From Eledone cirrhosa (taxonomy: Eukaryota), in contig OZ024746.1 of assembly GCA_964016885.1 (NCBI GenBank), positions 53,010,001 through 53,074,000 on the forward strand: a stretch of 64,000 nt of DNA, given 5' to 3'. Each line of letters starts with the position of its first letter. The stretch's first letter is position 1. The notes beneath the pieces were generated by a model. That model was not told the origin of the DNA and ran no database searches. It saw only the letters and a list, made by a program, of their open reading frames with translations. A program made the position numbers and the translations under genes. Shown here in pieces: positions 23,701-37,650 of the stretch.

Positions 23701-26269
23701 CTGAGATGGTAGTGTTGTTGTTGTTGTTGTTATTGTAGTTAGTGGTTTCTGTGATGGTAGTGTTGTTGTTGTTGTTATTGTAGTTAGTGGTTGCTGAGAT
23801 GGTAGTGTTGTTGTTGTTGTTATTGTAGTTGGTGGTTGCTGTGATTGTAGTGTTGTTGTTGTTGTTATTGTAGTTAGAGATTGCTGAGATGGTAGTGTTG
23901 TTGTTGTTGTTATTGTAGTTAGTGGTTGCTGAGATGGTAGTGTTGTTGTTGTTGTTATTGTAGTTAGTGGTTGCTGTGATGGTAGTGTTGTTGTTATTAT
24001 TGTAGTTAGAGGTTGCTGAGATGGTAGTGTTGTTGTTGTTGTTATTGTAGTTAGTGGTTGCTGTTATGGTAGTGTTGTTGTTGTTATTCTAGTTAGTGGT
24101 TGCTGTGATGGTAGTGTTGTTGTTGTTGTTATTGCAGTTAGTGGTTGCTGAGATGGTAGTGTTGTTGTTGTTGTTATTGTAGTTAGTGGTTGCTGTGATG
24201 GTAGTGTTGTTGTTATTATTGTAGTTAGAGGTTGCTGAGATGGTAGTGTTGTTGTTGTTGTTATTGTAGTTAGTGGTTGCTGTTATGGTAGTGTTGTTGT
24301 TGTTATTCTAGTTAGTGGTTGCTGTGATGGTAGTGTTGTTGTTGTTGTTATTGTAGTTAGTGGTTTCCGTGATGGTAGTGTTGTTGTTGTTATTCTAGTT
24401 AGTGGTTGCTGTGATGGTTGTGTTGTTGTTGTTATTGTAGTTAGAGGTTGCTGTAATGGTAGTGTTGTTGTTGTTGTTATTGTAGTTAGTGGTTGCTGTT
24501 ATGGTAGTGTTGTTGTTGTTGTTATTGTAGTTAGTGGTTTCCGTGATGGTAGTGTTGTTGTTGTTGTTATTATAGTTAGTGGTTGCTGTTATGGTAGTGT
24601 TGTTGTTGTTATTGTAGTTAGTGGTTGTTGTGATGGTAATGTTGTTGTTATTGTTATTGTAGTTAGAGGTTGCTGTGTTGGTAGTGTTGTTGTTGTTATT
24701 GTAGTTAGTGGTTGTTGTGATGGTAGTGTTGTTGTTGTTGGTGTTGTAGTTAGTGGTTGATGTGATGGTAGTGTTGTTGTTGTTATTGTAGTTAGTGGTT
24801 GTTGTGATGGTAGTGTTGTTGTTGTTGTTGTACTTAGTGGTTGATGTGATGGTAATCTTGTTATTGTTATTGTAGTTAGTGGTTGTTGTGATGGTAGTGT
24901 TGTTGTTGTTATTGTAGTTAGTGGTTGTTGTGATGGTAGTGTTGTTGTTGTTGATGTAGTTAGTGGTTGATGTGATGGTAGTGTTGTTGTTGTTATTGTA
25001 GTTAGTGGTTGTTGTGATGGTAGTGTTGTTGTTGTTGTTGTAGTTAGTGGTTGATGTGATGGTAGTGTTGTTGTTGTTGTTGTAGTTAGTGGTTGTTGTG
25101 ATGGTAGTGTTGTTGTTGTTGTTGTAGTTAGTGGTTGGTGTGATGGTAGTGTTGTTATTGTTATTATAGTTAGTGGTTGCTGTTATGGTAGTGTTGTTGT
25201 TGTTATTGTAGTTAGAGATTGCTGAGATGGTAGTGTTGTTGTTGTTGTTGTTAGTGGTTGCTGTGATGTTAGTGTTGTTGTTGTTATTGTAGTTAGTGGT
25301 TGCTGTGATGCTAGTGTTGTTGTTATTGTTATTGTAGTTAGTGGTTTTTGTGATGGTAGTGTTGTTGTTGTTGTTGTAGTTAGTGGTTGTTGTGATGGTA
25401 GTGTTGGTGTTATTGTTATTGTAGTTAGAGGTTGCTGTGATGGTAGTGTTGTTGTAGTTATTGTAGTTAGTGGTTGCTGTGATGGTAGTGTTGTTGTTGT
25501 TTTTATTGTAATTAGTCGTTGCTGAGATGGTAGTGTTGTTGTTGTTGTTGTTATTGTAGTTAGTGGTTTCTGTGATGGTAGTGTTGTTGTTGTTATTGTA
25601 GTTAGTGGTTTTTGTGATGGTAGTGTTGTTGTTGTTGTTGTAGTTAGTGGTTGGTGTGATGGTAGTGTTGTTATTGTTATTATAGTTAGTGGTTGCTGTT
25701 ATGGTAGTTGTAGTTGTTGTTATTGTAGTTAGAGATTGCTGAGATTGTAGTGTTGTTGTTGTTGTTGTTAGTGGTTGCTGTGATGTTAGTGTTGTTGTTG
25801 TTATTTTAGTTAGTGGTTGCTGTGATGGTAGTGTTGGTGTTATTGTTATTGTAGTTAGAGGTTGCTGTGATGGTAGTGTTGTTGTTGTTGTTGTTGTTAG
25901 TGGTTGCTGTGATGTTAGTGTTGTTGTTGTTATTTTAGTTAGTGGTTGTTGTGATGGTAGTGTTGGTGTTATTGTTATTGTAGTTAGTGGTTGCTGTGAT
26001 GGTAGTGTTGTTGTTGTTTTTATTGTAATTAGTCGTTGCTGAGATGGTAGTGTTGTTGTTGTTGTTGTTATTGTAGTTAGTGGTTTCTGTGATGGTAGTG
26101 TTGTTGTTGTTGTTATTGTAGTTAGTGGTTTCTGTGATGGTAGTGTTGTTGTTGTTATTGTAGTTAGTGGTTGCTGAGATGGTAGTGTTGTTGTTGTTAT
26201 TGTAGTTAGTGGTTGCTGAGATGGTAGTGTTGTTGTTGTTGTTATTGTAGTTAGAGGTTGCTGTGATGG

Positions 26270-29200
26270 TAGTGTTGTTGTTGTTATTGTAGTTCGTGGT
26301 TTCTGTGATGGTAGTGTTGTTGTTGTTGTTATTGTAGTTAGTGGTTGCTGAGATGGTAGTGTTGTTGTTGTTGTTGTTATTGTAGTTAGTGGTTGCTGAG
26401 ATGGTAGTGTTGTTGTTGTTGTTATTGTAGTTAGTGGTTGCTGAGATGGTAGTGTTGTTGTTGTTGTTATTGTAGTTAGTGGTTGCTGAGATGGTAGTGT
26501 TGTTGTTGTTGTTATTGTAGTTAGTGGTTTCTGTGATGGTAGTGTTGTTGTTGTTGTTATTGTAGTTAGTGGTTGCTGTGATGGTAGTGTTGTTGTTGTT
26601 ATTCTAGTTAGTGGTTGCTGTGATGGTAGTGTTGTTGTTGTTGTTATTGTAGTTAGTGGTTTCTGTGATGGTAGTGTTGTTGTTGTTATTGTAGTTAGTG
26701 GTTGCTGAGATGGTAGTGTTGTTGTTGTTATTGTAGTTAGTGGTTGCTGAGATGGTAGTGTTGTTGTTGTTGTTATTGTAGTTAGTGGTTGCTGTGATTG
26801 TAGTGTTGTTGTTGTTGTTATTGTAGTTAGAGATTGCTGAGATGGTAGTGTTGATGTTGTTGTTATTGTAGTTAGTGGTTGCTGAGATGGTAGTGTTGTT
26901 GTTGTTGTTATTGTAGTTAGAGGTTGCTGAGATGGTAGTGTTGTTGTTGTTATTCTAGTTAGTGGTTGCTGTGATGGTAGTGTTGTTGTTATTATTGTAG
27001 TTAGAGGTTGCTGAGATGGTAGTGTTGTTGTTGTTATTCTAGTTAGTGGTTGCTGTGATGGTAGTGTTGTTGTTGTTATTGTAGTTAGAGGTTGCTGTAA
27101 TGGTAGTGTTGTTGTTGTTGTTATTGTAGTTAGTGGTTGCTGTGATGGTAGTGTTGTTGTTGTTATTCTAGTTAGTGGTTGCTGTGATGGTAGTGTTGTT
27201 GTTGTTGTTATTGTAGTTAGTGGTTTCTGTGATGGTAGTGTTGTTGTTGTTATTATAGTTAGTGGTTGCTGTTATGGTAGTGTTGTTGTTGTTATTGTAG
27301 TTAGTGGTTGCTGTGATGCTAGTGTTGTTGTTATTGTTATTGTAGTTAGTGGTTGTTGTGATGGTAATGTTGTTGTTATTGTTATTGTGGTTAGAGGTTG
27401 CTGTGTTGGTAGTGTTGTTGTTGTTATTGTAGTTAGTGGTTGTTGTGATGATACTGTTGTTGTTGTTGTTGTAGTTAGTGGTTGATGTGATGGTAGCGTT
27501 GTTATTGTTATTGTAGTTAGTGGTTGTTGTGATGGTAGTGTTGTTGTTGTTGTTGTAGTTAGTGGTTGATGTGATGGTAGTGTTGTTGTTGTTATTGTAG
27601 TTAGTGGTTGTTGTGATGGTAGTGTTGTTGTTGTTGTTGTTGTAGTTAGTGGTTGATGTGATGGTAGTGTTGTTATTGTTATTGTAGTTAGTGGTTGTTG
27701 TGATGGTAATGTTGTTGTTGTTATTGTAGTTAGCGGTTGTTGTGATGGTAGTGTTGTTGTTGTTGTTGTAGTTAGTGGTTGTTGTGATGGTAGTGTTGTT
27801 GTTATTGTAGTTAGTGGTTGTTGTGATGGTAGTGTTGTTGTTGTTGTTGTAGTTAGTGGTTGATGTGATGGCAGTGTTGTTGTTGTTATTGTAGTTAGTG
27901 GTTGCTGTGATGGTAGTGTTGTTATTGTTATTGTAGTTAGTGGTTGTTGTGATGGTAGTGTTGTTGTTGTTGTTGTAGTTAGTGGTTGCTGAGATGGTAG
28001 TGTTGTTATTGTTATTGTAGTTAGTGGTTGTTGTGATGGTAGTGTTGTTGTTGTTGTTGTAGTTAATGGTTGTTGTGATGGTAGTGTTGTTGTTATTGTT
28101 ATTGTAGTTAGAGGTTGCTGTGATGGTAGTGTTGTTCTTGTTATTGCGGTTAGTGGTTGTTGTGATGGTAGTGTTGTTGTTATTGTTATTGTAGTTAGAG
28201 GTTGCTGAGATGGTAGTGTTGTTGTTGTTATTGCAGTTAGTGGTTGCTGAGATGGTAGTGTTGTTATTGTTATTGTAGTTAGTAGTTGCTGTGATGTTAG
28301 TTTTGTTGTTGATTGTAGTTAGTGGTTGCTGTGATGTTAGTGTTGTTGTTGTTGTTATTGTAGTTAGAGGTTGCTGTGATGGTAGTGTTGTTGTTGTTAT
28401 TGTAGTTAGTTGTTTCTGTGATGGTAGTGTTGTTGTTGTTGTTATTGTAGTTAGTGGTTTCCGTGATGGTAGTGTTGTTGTTGTTGTTATTATAGTTAGT
28501 GGCTGCTGTTATGGTAGTGTTGTTGTTGTTATTGTAGTTAGTGGTGGATGTGATGCTAGTGTTGTTGTTATTGTTATTGTAGTTAGTGGTTGTTGTGATG
28601 GTAATGTTGTTGTTATTGTTATTGTAGTTAGAGGTTGCTGTGTTGGTAGTGTTGTTGTTGTTATTGTAGTTAGTGGTTGTTGTGATGGTAGTGTTGTTGT
28701 TGTTGTTGTAGTTAGTGGTTGATGTGATGGTAGTGTTGTTATTATTATTGTAGTTAGTGGTTGTTGTGATGGTAGTGTTGTTGTTGTTGTTGTAGTTAGT
28801 GGTTGCTGAGATGGTAGTGTTGTTGTTGTTATTGTAGTTAGTGGTTGTTGTGATGGTAGTGTTGTTGTTGTTGTTGTAGTTACTGGTTGCTGAGATGGTA
28901 GTGTTGTTGTTGTTATTGTAGTTAGTGGTTGTTGTGATGGTAGTGTTGTTGTTGTTGTTGTTGTAGTTAGTGGTTGATGTGATGGTAATCTTGTTATTGT
29001 TATTGTAGTTAGTGGTTGTTGTGATGGTAGTGTTGTTGTTGTTATTGTAGTTAGTGGTTGTTGTGATGGTAGTGTTGTTGTTGTTGATGTAGTTAGTGGT
29101 TGATGTGATGGTAGTGTTGTTGTTGTTATTGTAGTTAGTGGTTGTTGTGATGGTAGTGTTGTTGTTGTTGTTGTAGTTAGTGGTTGATGTGATGGTAGTG

Positions 29201-32200
29201 TTGTTGTTGTTATTGTAGTTAGTGGTTGTTGTAATGGTAGTGTTGTTGTTGTTGTTGTAGTTAGTGGTTGATCTGATGGTAGTGTTGTTGTTGTTATTGT
29301 AGTTAGTGGTTTTTGTGATGGTAGTGTTGTTGTTGTTATTGTAGTTAGTGGTTGGTGTGATGGTAGTGTTGTTATTGTTATTATAGTTAGTGGTTGCTGT
29401 TATGGTAGTGTTGTTGTTGTTATTGTAGTTAGAGATTGCTGAGATGGTAGTGTTGTTGTTGTTGTTGTTAGTGGTTGCTGTGATGTTAGTGTTGTTGTTG
29501 TTATTGTAGTTAGTGGTTGCTGTGATGCTAGTGTTGTTGTTATTGTTATTGTAGTTAGTGGTTTTTGTGATGGTAGTGTTGTTGTTGTTGATGTAGTTAG
29601 TGGTTGTTGTGATGGTAGTGTTGGTGTTATTGTTATTGTAGTTAGAGGTTTCTGTGATGGTAGTGTTGTTGTTGTTATTGTAGTTAGTGGTTGCTGTGAT
29701 GGTAGTGTTGTTGTTGTTTTTATTGTAGTTAGTCGTTGCTGAGATGGTAGTGTTGTTGTTGTTGTTGTTATTGTAGTTAGTGGTTTCTGTGATGGTAGTG
29801 TTGTTGTTGTTGTTATTGTAGTTAGTGGTTTCTGTGATGGTAGTGTTGTTGTTGTTATTGTAGTTAGTGGTTGCTGAGATGGTAGTGTTGTTGTTGTTAT
29901 TGTAGTTAGTGGTTGCTGAGATGGTAGTGTTGTTGTTGTTGTTATTGTAGTTAGAGGTTGCTGTGATGGTAGTGTTGTTGTTGTTATTGTAGTTAGTGGT
30001 TTCTGTGATGGTAGTGTTGTTGTTGTTGTTATTGTAGTTAGTGGTTGCTGAGATGGTAGTGTTGTTGTTGTTGTTATTGTAGTTAGTGGTTGCTGAGATG
30101 GTAGTGTTGTTGTTGTTGTTATTGTAGTTAGTGGTTGCTGAGATGGTAGTGTTGTTGTTGTTGTTATTGTAGTTAGTGGTTGCTGAGATGGTAGTGTTGT
30201 TGTTGTTGTTATTGTAGTTAGTGGTTTCTGTGATGGTAGTGTTGTTGTTGTTGTTATCGTAGTTAGTGGTTGCTGTGATGGTAGTGTTGTTGTTGTTATT
30301 CTAGTTAGTGGTTACTGTGATGGTAGTGTTGTTGTTGTTGTTATTGTAGTTAGTGGTTTCTGTGATGGTAGTGTTGTTGTTGTTATTGTAGTTAGTGGTT
30401 GCTGAGATGGTAGTGTTGTTGTTGTTGTTATTGTAGTTAGTGGTTGCTGAGATGGTAGTGTTGTTGTTGTTGTTATTGTAGTTAGAGATTGCTGAGATGG
30501 TAGTGTTGTTGTTGTTGTTATTGTAGTTAGTGGTTGCTGAGATGGTAGTGTTGTTGTTGTTGTTATTGTAGTTAGAGGTTGCTGAGATGGTAGTGTTGTT
30601 GTTGTTATTCTAGTTAGTGGTTGCTGTGATGGTAGTGTTGTTGTTGTTGTTATTGTAGTTAGAGGTTGCTGAGATGGTAGTGTTGTTGTTGTTATTCTAG
30701 TTAGTGGTTGCTGTGATGGTAGTGTTGTTGTTGTTATTCTAGTTAGTGGTTGCTGTGATGGTAGTGTTGTTGTTGTTATTGTAGTTAGAGGTTGCTGTAA
30801 TGGTAGTGTTGTTGTTGTTGTTATTGTAGTTAGTGGTTGCTGTTATGGTAGTGTTGTTGTTGTTATTCTAGTTAGTGGTTGCTGTGATGGTAGTGTTGTT
30901 GTTGTTGTTATTGTAGTTAGTGGTTTCTGTGATGGTAGTGTTGTTGTTGTTATTATAGTTAGTGGTTGCTGTTATGGTAGTGTTGTTGTTGTTATTGTAG
31001 TTAGAGATTGCTGAGATGGTAGTGTTGTTGTTGTTGTTAGTGGTTGCTGTGATGTTAGTGTTGTTGTTGTTATTGTGGTTAGTGGTTGCTGTGATGCTAG
31101 TTTTGTTGTTATTGTTATTGTAGTTAGTGGTTGTTGTGATGGTAATGTTGTTGTTATTGTTATTGTGGTTAGAGGTTGCTGTGTTGGTAGTGTTGTTGTT
31201 GTTATTGTGGTTAGTGGTTGTTGTGATGATACTGTTGTTGTTGTTGTTGTTGTTGTTAGTGGTTGATGTGATGGTAGCGTTGTTATTGTTATTGTAGTTA
31301 GTGGTTGTTGTGATGGTAGTGTTGTTGTTGTTGTTGTAGTTAGTGGTTGATGTGATGGTAGTGTTGTTGTTGTTATTGTAGTTCGTGGTTTCTGTGATGG
31401 TAGTGTTGTTGTTGTTGTTATTGTAGTTAGTGGTTGCTGAGATGGTAGTGTTGTTGTTGTTGTTGTTATTGTAGTTAGTGGTTGCTGAGATGGTAGTGTT
31501 GTTGTTGTTGTTATTGTAGTTAGTGGTTGCTGAGATGGTAGTGTTGTTGTTGTTGTTATTGTAGTTAGTGGTTGCTGAGATGGTAGTGTTGTTGTTGTTG
31601 TTATTGTAGTTAGTGGTTTCTGTGATGGTAGTGTTGTTGTTGTTGTTATTGTAGTTAGTGGTTGCTGTGATGGTAGTGTTGTTGTTGTTATTCTAGTTAG
31701 TGGTTGCTGTGATGGTAGTGTTGTTGTTGTTGTTATTGTAGTTAGTGGTTTCTGTGATGGTAGTGTTGTTGTTGTTATTGTAGTTAGTGGTTGCTGAGAT
31801 GGTAGTGTTGTTGTTGTTATTGTAGTTAGTGGTTGCTGAGATGGTAGTGTTGTTGTTGTTGTTATTGTAGTTAGTGGTTGCTGTGATTGTAGTGTTGTTG
31901 TTGTTGTTATTGTAGTTAGAGATTGCTGAGATGGTAGTGTTGATGTTGTTGTTATTGTAGTTAGTGGTTGCTGAGATGGTAGTGTTGTTGTTGTTGTTAT
32001 TGTAGTTAGAGGTTGCTGAGATGGTAGTGTTGTTGTTGTTATTCTAGTTAGTGGTTGCTGTGATGGTAGTGTTGTTGTTATTATTGTAGTTAGAGGTTGC
32101 TGAGATGGTAGTGTTGTTGTTGTTATTCTAGTTAGTGGTTGCTGTGATGGTAGTGTTGTTGTTGTTATTGTAGTTAGAGGTTGCTGTAATGGTAGTGTTG

Positions 32201-35200
32201 TTGTTGTTGTTATTGTAGTTAGTGGTTGCTGTGATGGTAGTGTTGTTGTTGTTATTCTAGTTAGTGGTTGCTGTGATGGTAGTGTTGTTGTTGTTGTTAT
32301 TGTAGTTAGTGGTTTCTGTGATGGTAGTGTTGTTGTTGTTATTATAGTTAGTGGTTGCTGTTATGGTAGTGTTGTTGTTGTTATTGTAGTTAGTGGTTGC
32401 TGTGATGCTAGTGTTGTTGTTATTGTTATTGTAGTTAGTGGTTGTTGTGATGGTAATGTTGTTGTTATTGTTATTGTGGTTAGAGGTTGCTGTGTTGGTA
32501 GTGTTGTTGTTGTTATTGTAGTTAGTGGTTGTTGTGATGATACTGTTGTTGTTGTTGTTGTAGTTAGTGGTTGATTTGATGGTAGCGTTGTTATTGTTAT
32601 TGTAGTTAGTGGTTGTTGTGATGGTAGTGTTGTTGTTGTTGTTGTAGTTAGTGGTTGATGTGATGGTAGTGTTGTTGTTGTTATTGTAGTTAGTGGTTGT
32701 TGTGATGGTAGTGTTGTTGTTGTTGTTGTTGTAGTTAGTGGTTGATGTGATGGTAGTGTTGTTATTGTTATTGTAGTTAGTGGTTGTTGTGATGGTAATG
32801 TTGTTGTTGTTATTGTAGTTAGCGGTTGTTGTGATGGTAGTGTTGTTGTTGTTGTTGTAGTTAGTGGTTGTTGTGATGGTAGTGTTGTTGTTATTGTAGT
32901 TAGTGGTTGTTGTGATGGTAGTGTTGTTGTTGTTGTTGTAGTTAGTGGTTGATGTGATGGCAGTGTTGTTGTTGTTATTGTAGTTAGTGGTTGCTGTGAT
33001 GGTAGTGTTGTTATTGTTATTGTAGTTAGTGGTTGTTGTGATGGTAGTGTTGTTGTTGTTGTTGTAGTTAGTGGTTGCTGAGATGGTAGTGTTGTTATTG
33101 TTATTGTAGTTAGTGGTTGTTGTGATGGTAGTGTTGTTGTTGTTGTTGTAGTTAATGGTTGTTGTGATGGTAGTGTTGTTGTTATTGTTATTGTAGTTAG
33201 AGGTTGCTGTGATGGTAGTGTTGTTCTTGTTATTGCGGTTAGTGGTTGTTGTGATGGTAGTGTTGTTGTTATTGTTATTGTAGTTAGAGGTTGCTGAGAT
33301 GGTAGTGTTGTTGTTGTTATTGCAGTTAGTGGTTGCTGAGATGGTAGTGTTGTTATTGTTATTGTAGTTAGTAGTTGCTGTGATGTTAGTGTTGTTGTTG
33401 ATTGTAGTTAGTGGTTGCTGTGATGTTAGTGTTGTTGTTGTTGTTATTGTAGTTAGAGGTTGCTGTGATGGTAGTGTTGTTGTTGTTATTGTAGTTAGTT
33501 GTTTCTGTGATGGTAGTGTTGTTGTTGTTGTTATTGTAGTTAGTGGTTTCCGTGATGGTAGTGTTGTTGTTGTTGTTATTATAGTTAGTGGCTGCTTTTA
33601 TGGTAGTGTTGTTGTTGTTATTGTAGTTAGTGGTTGCTGAGATGGTAGTGTTGTTGTTGTTGTTGTAGTTAGTGGTTGCTGAGATGGTAGTGTTGTTGTT
33701 GTTGTTATTGTAGTTAGAGGTTGCTGTGATGGTAGTGTTGTTGTTGTTATTGTAGTTAGTTGTTTCTGTGATGGTAGTGTTGTTGTTGTTGTTATTGTAG
33801 TTAGTGGTTTCCGTGATGGTAGTGTTGTTGTTGTTGTTATTATAGTTAGTGGCTGCTGTTATGGTAGTGTTGTTGTTGTTATTGTAGTTAGTGGTTGCTG
33901 AGATGGTAGTGTTGTTGTTGTTGTTGTAGTTAGTGGTTGCTGTGATGCTAGTGTTGTTGTTATTGTTATTGTAGTTAGTGGTTTTTGTGATGGTAGTGTT
34001 GTTGTTGTTGTTATTGTAGTTAGAGGTTGCTGTGTTGGTAGTGTTGTTGTTGTTATTGTAGTTAGTGGTTGTTGTGATGGTAGTGTTGTTGTTGTTGTTG
34101 TAGTTAGTGGTTGATGTGATGGTAGTGTTGTTATTATTATTGTAGTTAGTGGTTGTTGTGATGGTAGTGTTGTTGTTATTGTTATTGTAGTTAGTGGTTT
34201 TTGTGATGGTAATGTTGTTGTTATTGTTATTGTAGTTAGAGGTTGCTGTGTTGGTAGTGTTGTTGTTGTTATTGTAGTTAGTGGTTGTTGTGATGGTAGT
34301 GTTGTTGTTGTTGTTGTAGTTAGTGGTTGATGTGATGGTAGTGTTGTTATTATTATTGTAGTTAGTGGTTGTTGTGATGGTAGTGTTGTTGTTGTTGTTG
34401 TAGTTAGTGGTTGCTGAGATGGTAGTGTTGTTGTTGTTATTGTAGTTAGTGGTTGTTGTGATGGTAGTGTTGTTGTTGTTGTTGTAGTTACTGGTTGCTG
34501 AGATGGTAGTGTTGTTGTTGTTATTGTAGTTAGTGGTTGTTGTGATGGTAGTGTTGTTGTTGTTGTTGTTGTAGTTAGTGGTTGATGTGATGGTAATCTT
34601 GTTATTGTTATTGTAGTTAGTGGTTGTTGTGATGGTAGTGTTGTTGTTGTTATTGTAGTTAGTGGTTGTTGTGATGGTAGTGTTGTTGTTGTTGATGTAG
34701 TTAGTGGTTGATGTGATGGTAGTGTTGTTGTTGTTATTGTAGTTAGTGGTTGTTGTGATGGTAGTGTTGTTGTTGTTGTTGTAGTTAGTGGTTGATGTGA
34801 TGGTAGTGTTGTTGTTGTTATTGTAGTTAGTGGTTGTTGTAATGGTAGTGTTGTTGTTGTTGTTGTAGTTAGTGGTTGATCTGATGGTAGTGTTGTTGTT
34901 GTTATTGTAGTTAGTGGTTTTTGTGATGGTAGTGTTGTTGTTGTTGTTGTAGTTAGTGGTTGGTGTGATGGTAGTGTTGTTATTGTTATTATAGTTAGTG
35001 GTTGCTGTTATGGTAGTGTTGTTGTTGTTATTGTAGTTAGAGATTGCTGAGATGGTAGTGTTGTTGTTGTTGTTGTTAGTGGTTGCTGTGATGTTAGTGT
35101 TGTTGTTGTTATTGTAGTTAGTGGTTGCTGTGATGCTAGTGTTGTTGTTATTGTTATTGTAGTTAGTGGTTTTTGTGATGGTAGTGTTGTTGTTGTTGTT

Positions 35201-37650
35201 GTAGTTAGTGGTTGTTGTGATGGTAGTGTTGGTGTTATTGTTATTGTAGTTAGAGGTTTCTGTGATGGTAGTGTTGTTGTTGTTATTGTAGTTAGTGGTT
35301 GCTGTGATGGTAGTGTTGTTGTTGTTTTTATTGTAGTTAGTCGTTGCTGAGATGGTAGTGTTGTTGTTGTTGTTGTTATTGTAGTTAGTGGTTTCTGTGA
35401 TGGTAGTGTTGTTGTTGTTGTTATTGTAGTTAGTGGTTTCTGTGATGGTAGTGTTGTTGTTGTTATTGTAGTTAGTGGTTGCTGAGATGGTAGTGTTGTT
35501 GTTGTTATTGTAGTTAGTGGTTGCTGAGATGGTAGTGTTGTTGTTGTTGTTATTGTAGTTAGAGGTTGCTGTGATGGTAGTGTTGTTGTTGTTATTGTAG
35601 TTAGTGGTTTCTGTGATGGTAGTGTTGTTGTTGTTGTTATTGTAGTTAGTGGTTGCTGAGATGGTAGTGTTGTTGTTGTTGTTATTGTAGTTAGTGGTTG
35701 CTGAGATGGTAGTGTTGTTGTTGTTGTTATTGTAGTTAGTGGTTGCTGAGATGGTAGTGTTGATGTTGTTGTTATTGTAGTTAGTGGTTGCTGAGATGGT
35801 AGTGTTGTTGTTGTTGTTATTGTAGTTAGTGGTTTCTGTGATGGTAGTGTTGTTGTTGTTGTTATCGTAGTTAGTGGTTGCTGTGATGGTAGTGTTGTTG
35901 TTGTTATTCTAGTTAGTGGTTACTGTGATGGTAGTGTTGTTGTTGTTGTTATTGTAGTTAGTGGTTTCTGTGATGGTAGTGTTGTTGTTGTTATTGTAGT
36001 TAGTGGTTGCTGAGATGGTAGTGTTGTTGTTGTTGTTATTGTAGTTAGTGGTTGCTGAGATGGTAGTGTTGTTGTTGTTGTTATTGTAGTTAGAGATTGC
36101 TGAGATGGTAGTGTTGTTGTTGTTGTTATTGTAGTTAGTGGTTGCTGAGATGGTAGTGTTGTTGTTGTTGTTATTGTAGTTAGAGGTTGCTGAGATGGTA
36201 GTGTTGTTGTTGTTATTCTAGTTAGTGGTTGCTGTGATGGTAGTGTTGTTGTTGTTATTATTGTAGTTAGAGGTTGCTGAGATGGTAGTGTTGTTGTTGT
36301 TATTCTAGTTAGTGGCTGCTGAGATGGTAGTGTTGTTGTTGTTATTATTGTAGTTAGAGGTTGCTGAGATGGTAGTGTTGTTGTTGTTATTCTAGTTAGT
36401 GGTTGCTGTGATGGTAGTGTTGTTGTTGTTATTGTAGTTAGAGGTTGCTGTAATGGTAGTGTTGTTGTTGTTGTTATTGTAGTTAGTGGTTGCTGAGATG
36501 GTAGTGTTGTTGTTGTTGTTATTGTAGTTAGTGGTTTCTGTGATGGTAGTGTTGTTGTTGTTATTGTAGTTAGTGGTTGCTGAGATGGTAGTGTTGTTGT
36601 TGTTGTTATTGTAGTTAGAGGTTGCTGAGATGGTAGTGTTGTTGTTGTTGTTATTGTAGTTAGTGGTTGCTGAGATGGTAGTGTAGTTGTTGTTGTTATT
36701 GTAGTTAGTGGTTGCTGAAATGGTAGTGTTGTTGTTGTTGTTATTGTAGTTAGAGGTTGCTGAGATGGTAGTGTTGTTGTTGTTGTTATTGTAGTTAGTG
36801 GTTTCTGTGATGGTAGTGTTGTTGTTGTTATTGTAGTTAGTGGTTGCTGAGATGGTAGTGTTGTTGTTGTTGTTATTGTAGTTAGAGGTTGCTGAGATGG
36901 TAGTGTTGTTGTTGTTATTCTAGTTAGTGGCTGCTGAGATGGTAGTGTTGTTGTTGTTATTATTGTAGTTAGAGGTTGCTGAGATGGTAGTGTTGTTGTT
37001 GTTATTCTAGTTAGTGGTTGCTGTGATGGTAGTGTTGTTGTTGTTATTGTAGTTAGAGGTTGCTGTAATGGTAGTGTTGTTGTTGTTGTTATTGTAGTTA
37101 GTGGTTGCTGTTATGGTAGTGTTGTTGTTGTTATTCTAGTTAGTGGTTGCTGTGATGGTAGTGTTGTTGTTGTTGTTATTGTAGTTAGTGGTTTCTGTGA
37201 TGGTAGTGTTGTTGTTGTTATTATAGTTAGTGGTTGCTGTTATGGTAGTGTTGTTGTTGTTATTGTAGTTAGAGATTGCTGAGATGGTAGTGTTGTTGTT
37301 GTTGTTAGTGGTTGCTGTGATGTTAGTGTTGTTGTTGTTATTGTGGTTAGTGGTTGCTGTGATGCTAGTTTTGTTGTTATTGTTATTGTAGTTAGTGGTT
37401 GTTGTGATGGTAATGTTGTTGTTATTGTTATTGTGGTTAGAGGTTGCTGTGTTGGTAGTGTTGTTGTTGTTATTGTGGTTAGTGGTTGTTGTGATGATAC
37501 TGTTGTTGTTGTTGTTGTTGTAGTTAGTGGTTGATGTGATGGTAGCGTTGTTATTGTTATTGTAGTTAGTGGTTGTTGTGATGGTAGTGTTGTTGTTGTT
37601 GTTGTAGTTAGTGGTTGATGTGATGGTAGTGTTGTTGTTGTTATTGTAGT
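26270..37650. repeat. Tandem duplication of a block of about 5.1 kb, with the second copy internally longer
   Basis: GTTCGTGGT at 26292/31381 and ORF starts 28291/33380 (offset 5089). TACTGGTTGC at 28881/34489 and ATCGTAG at 30256/35864 (offset 5608). ORFs 31075/37343 (offset 6268). Confidence 0.85.

Noticed and set aside
28291-37534. Plus-strand Val/Cys-rich ORFs (28291, 31075, 33380, 37343) that resemble signal peptides or membrane proteins
   Set aside because: This frame has TGA in a large share of monomers, and the ORFs are just runs of TGT-type monomers. The apparent MMLVLLL leader is produced by a frameshift within the repeat, and the hydrophobicity comes from GTT=Val.
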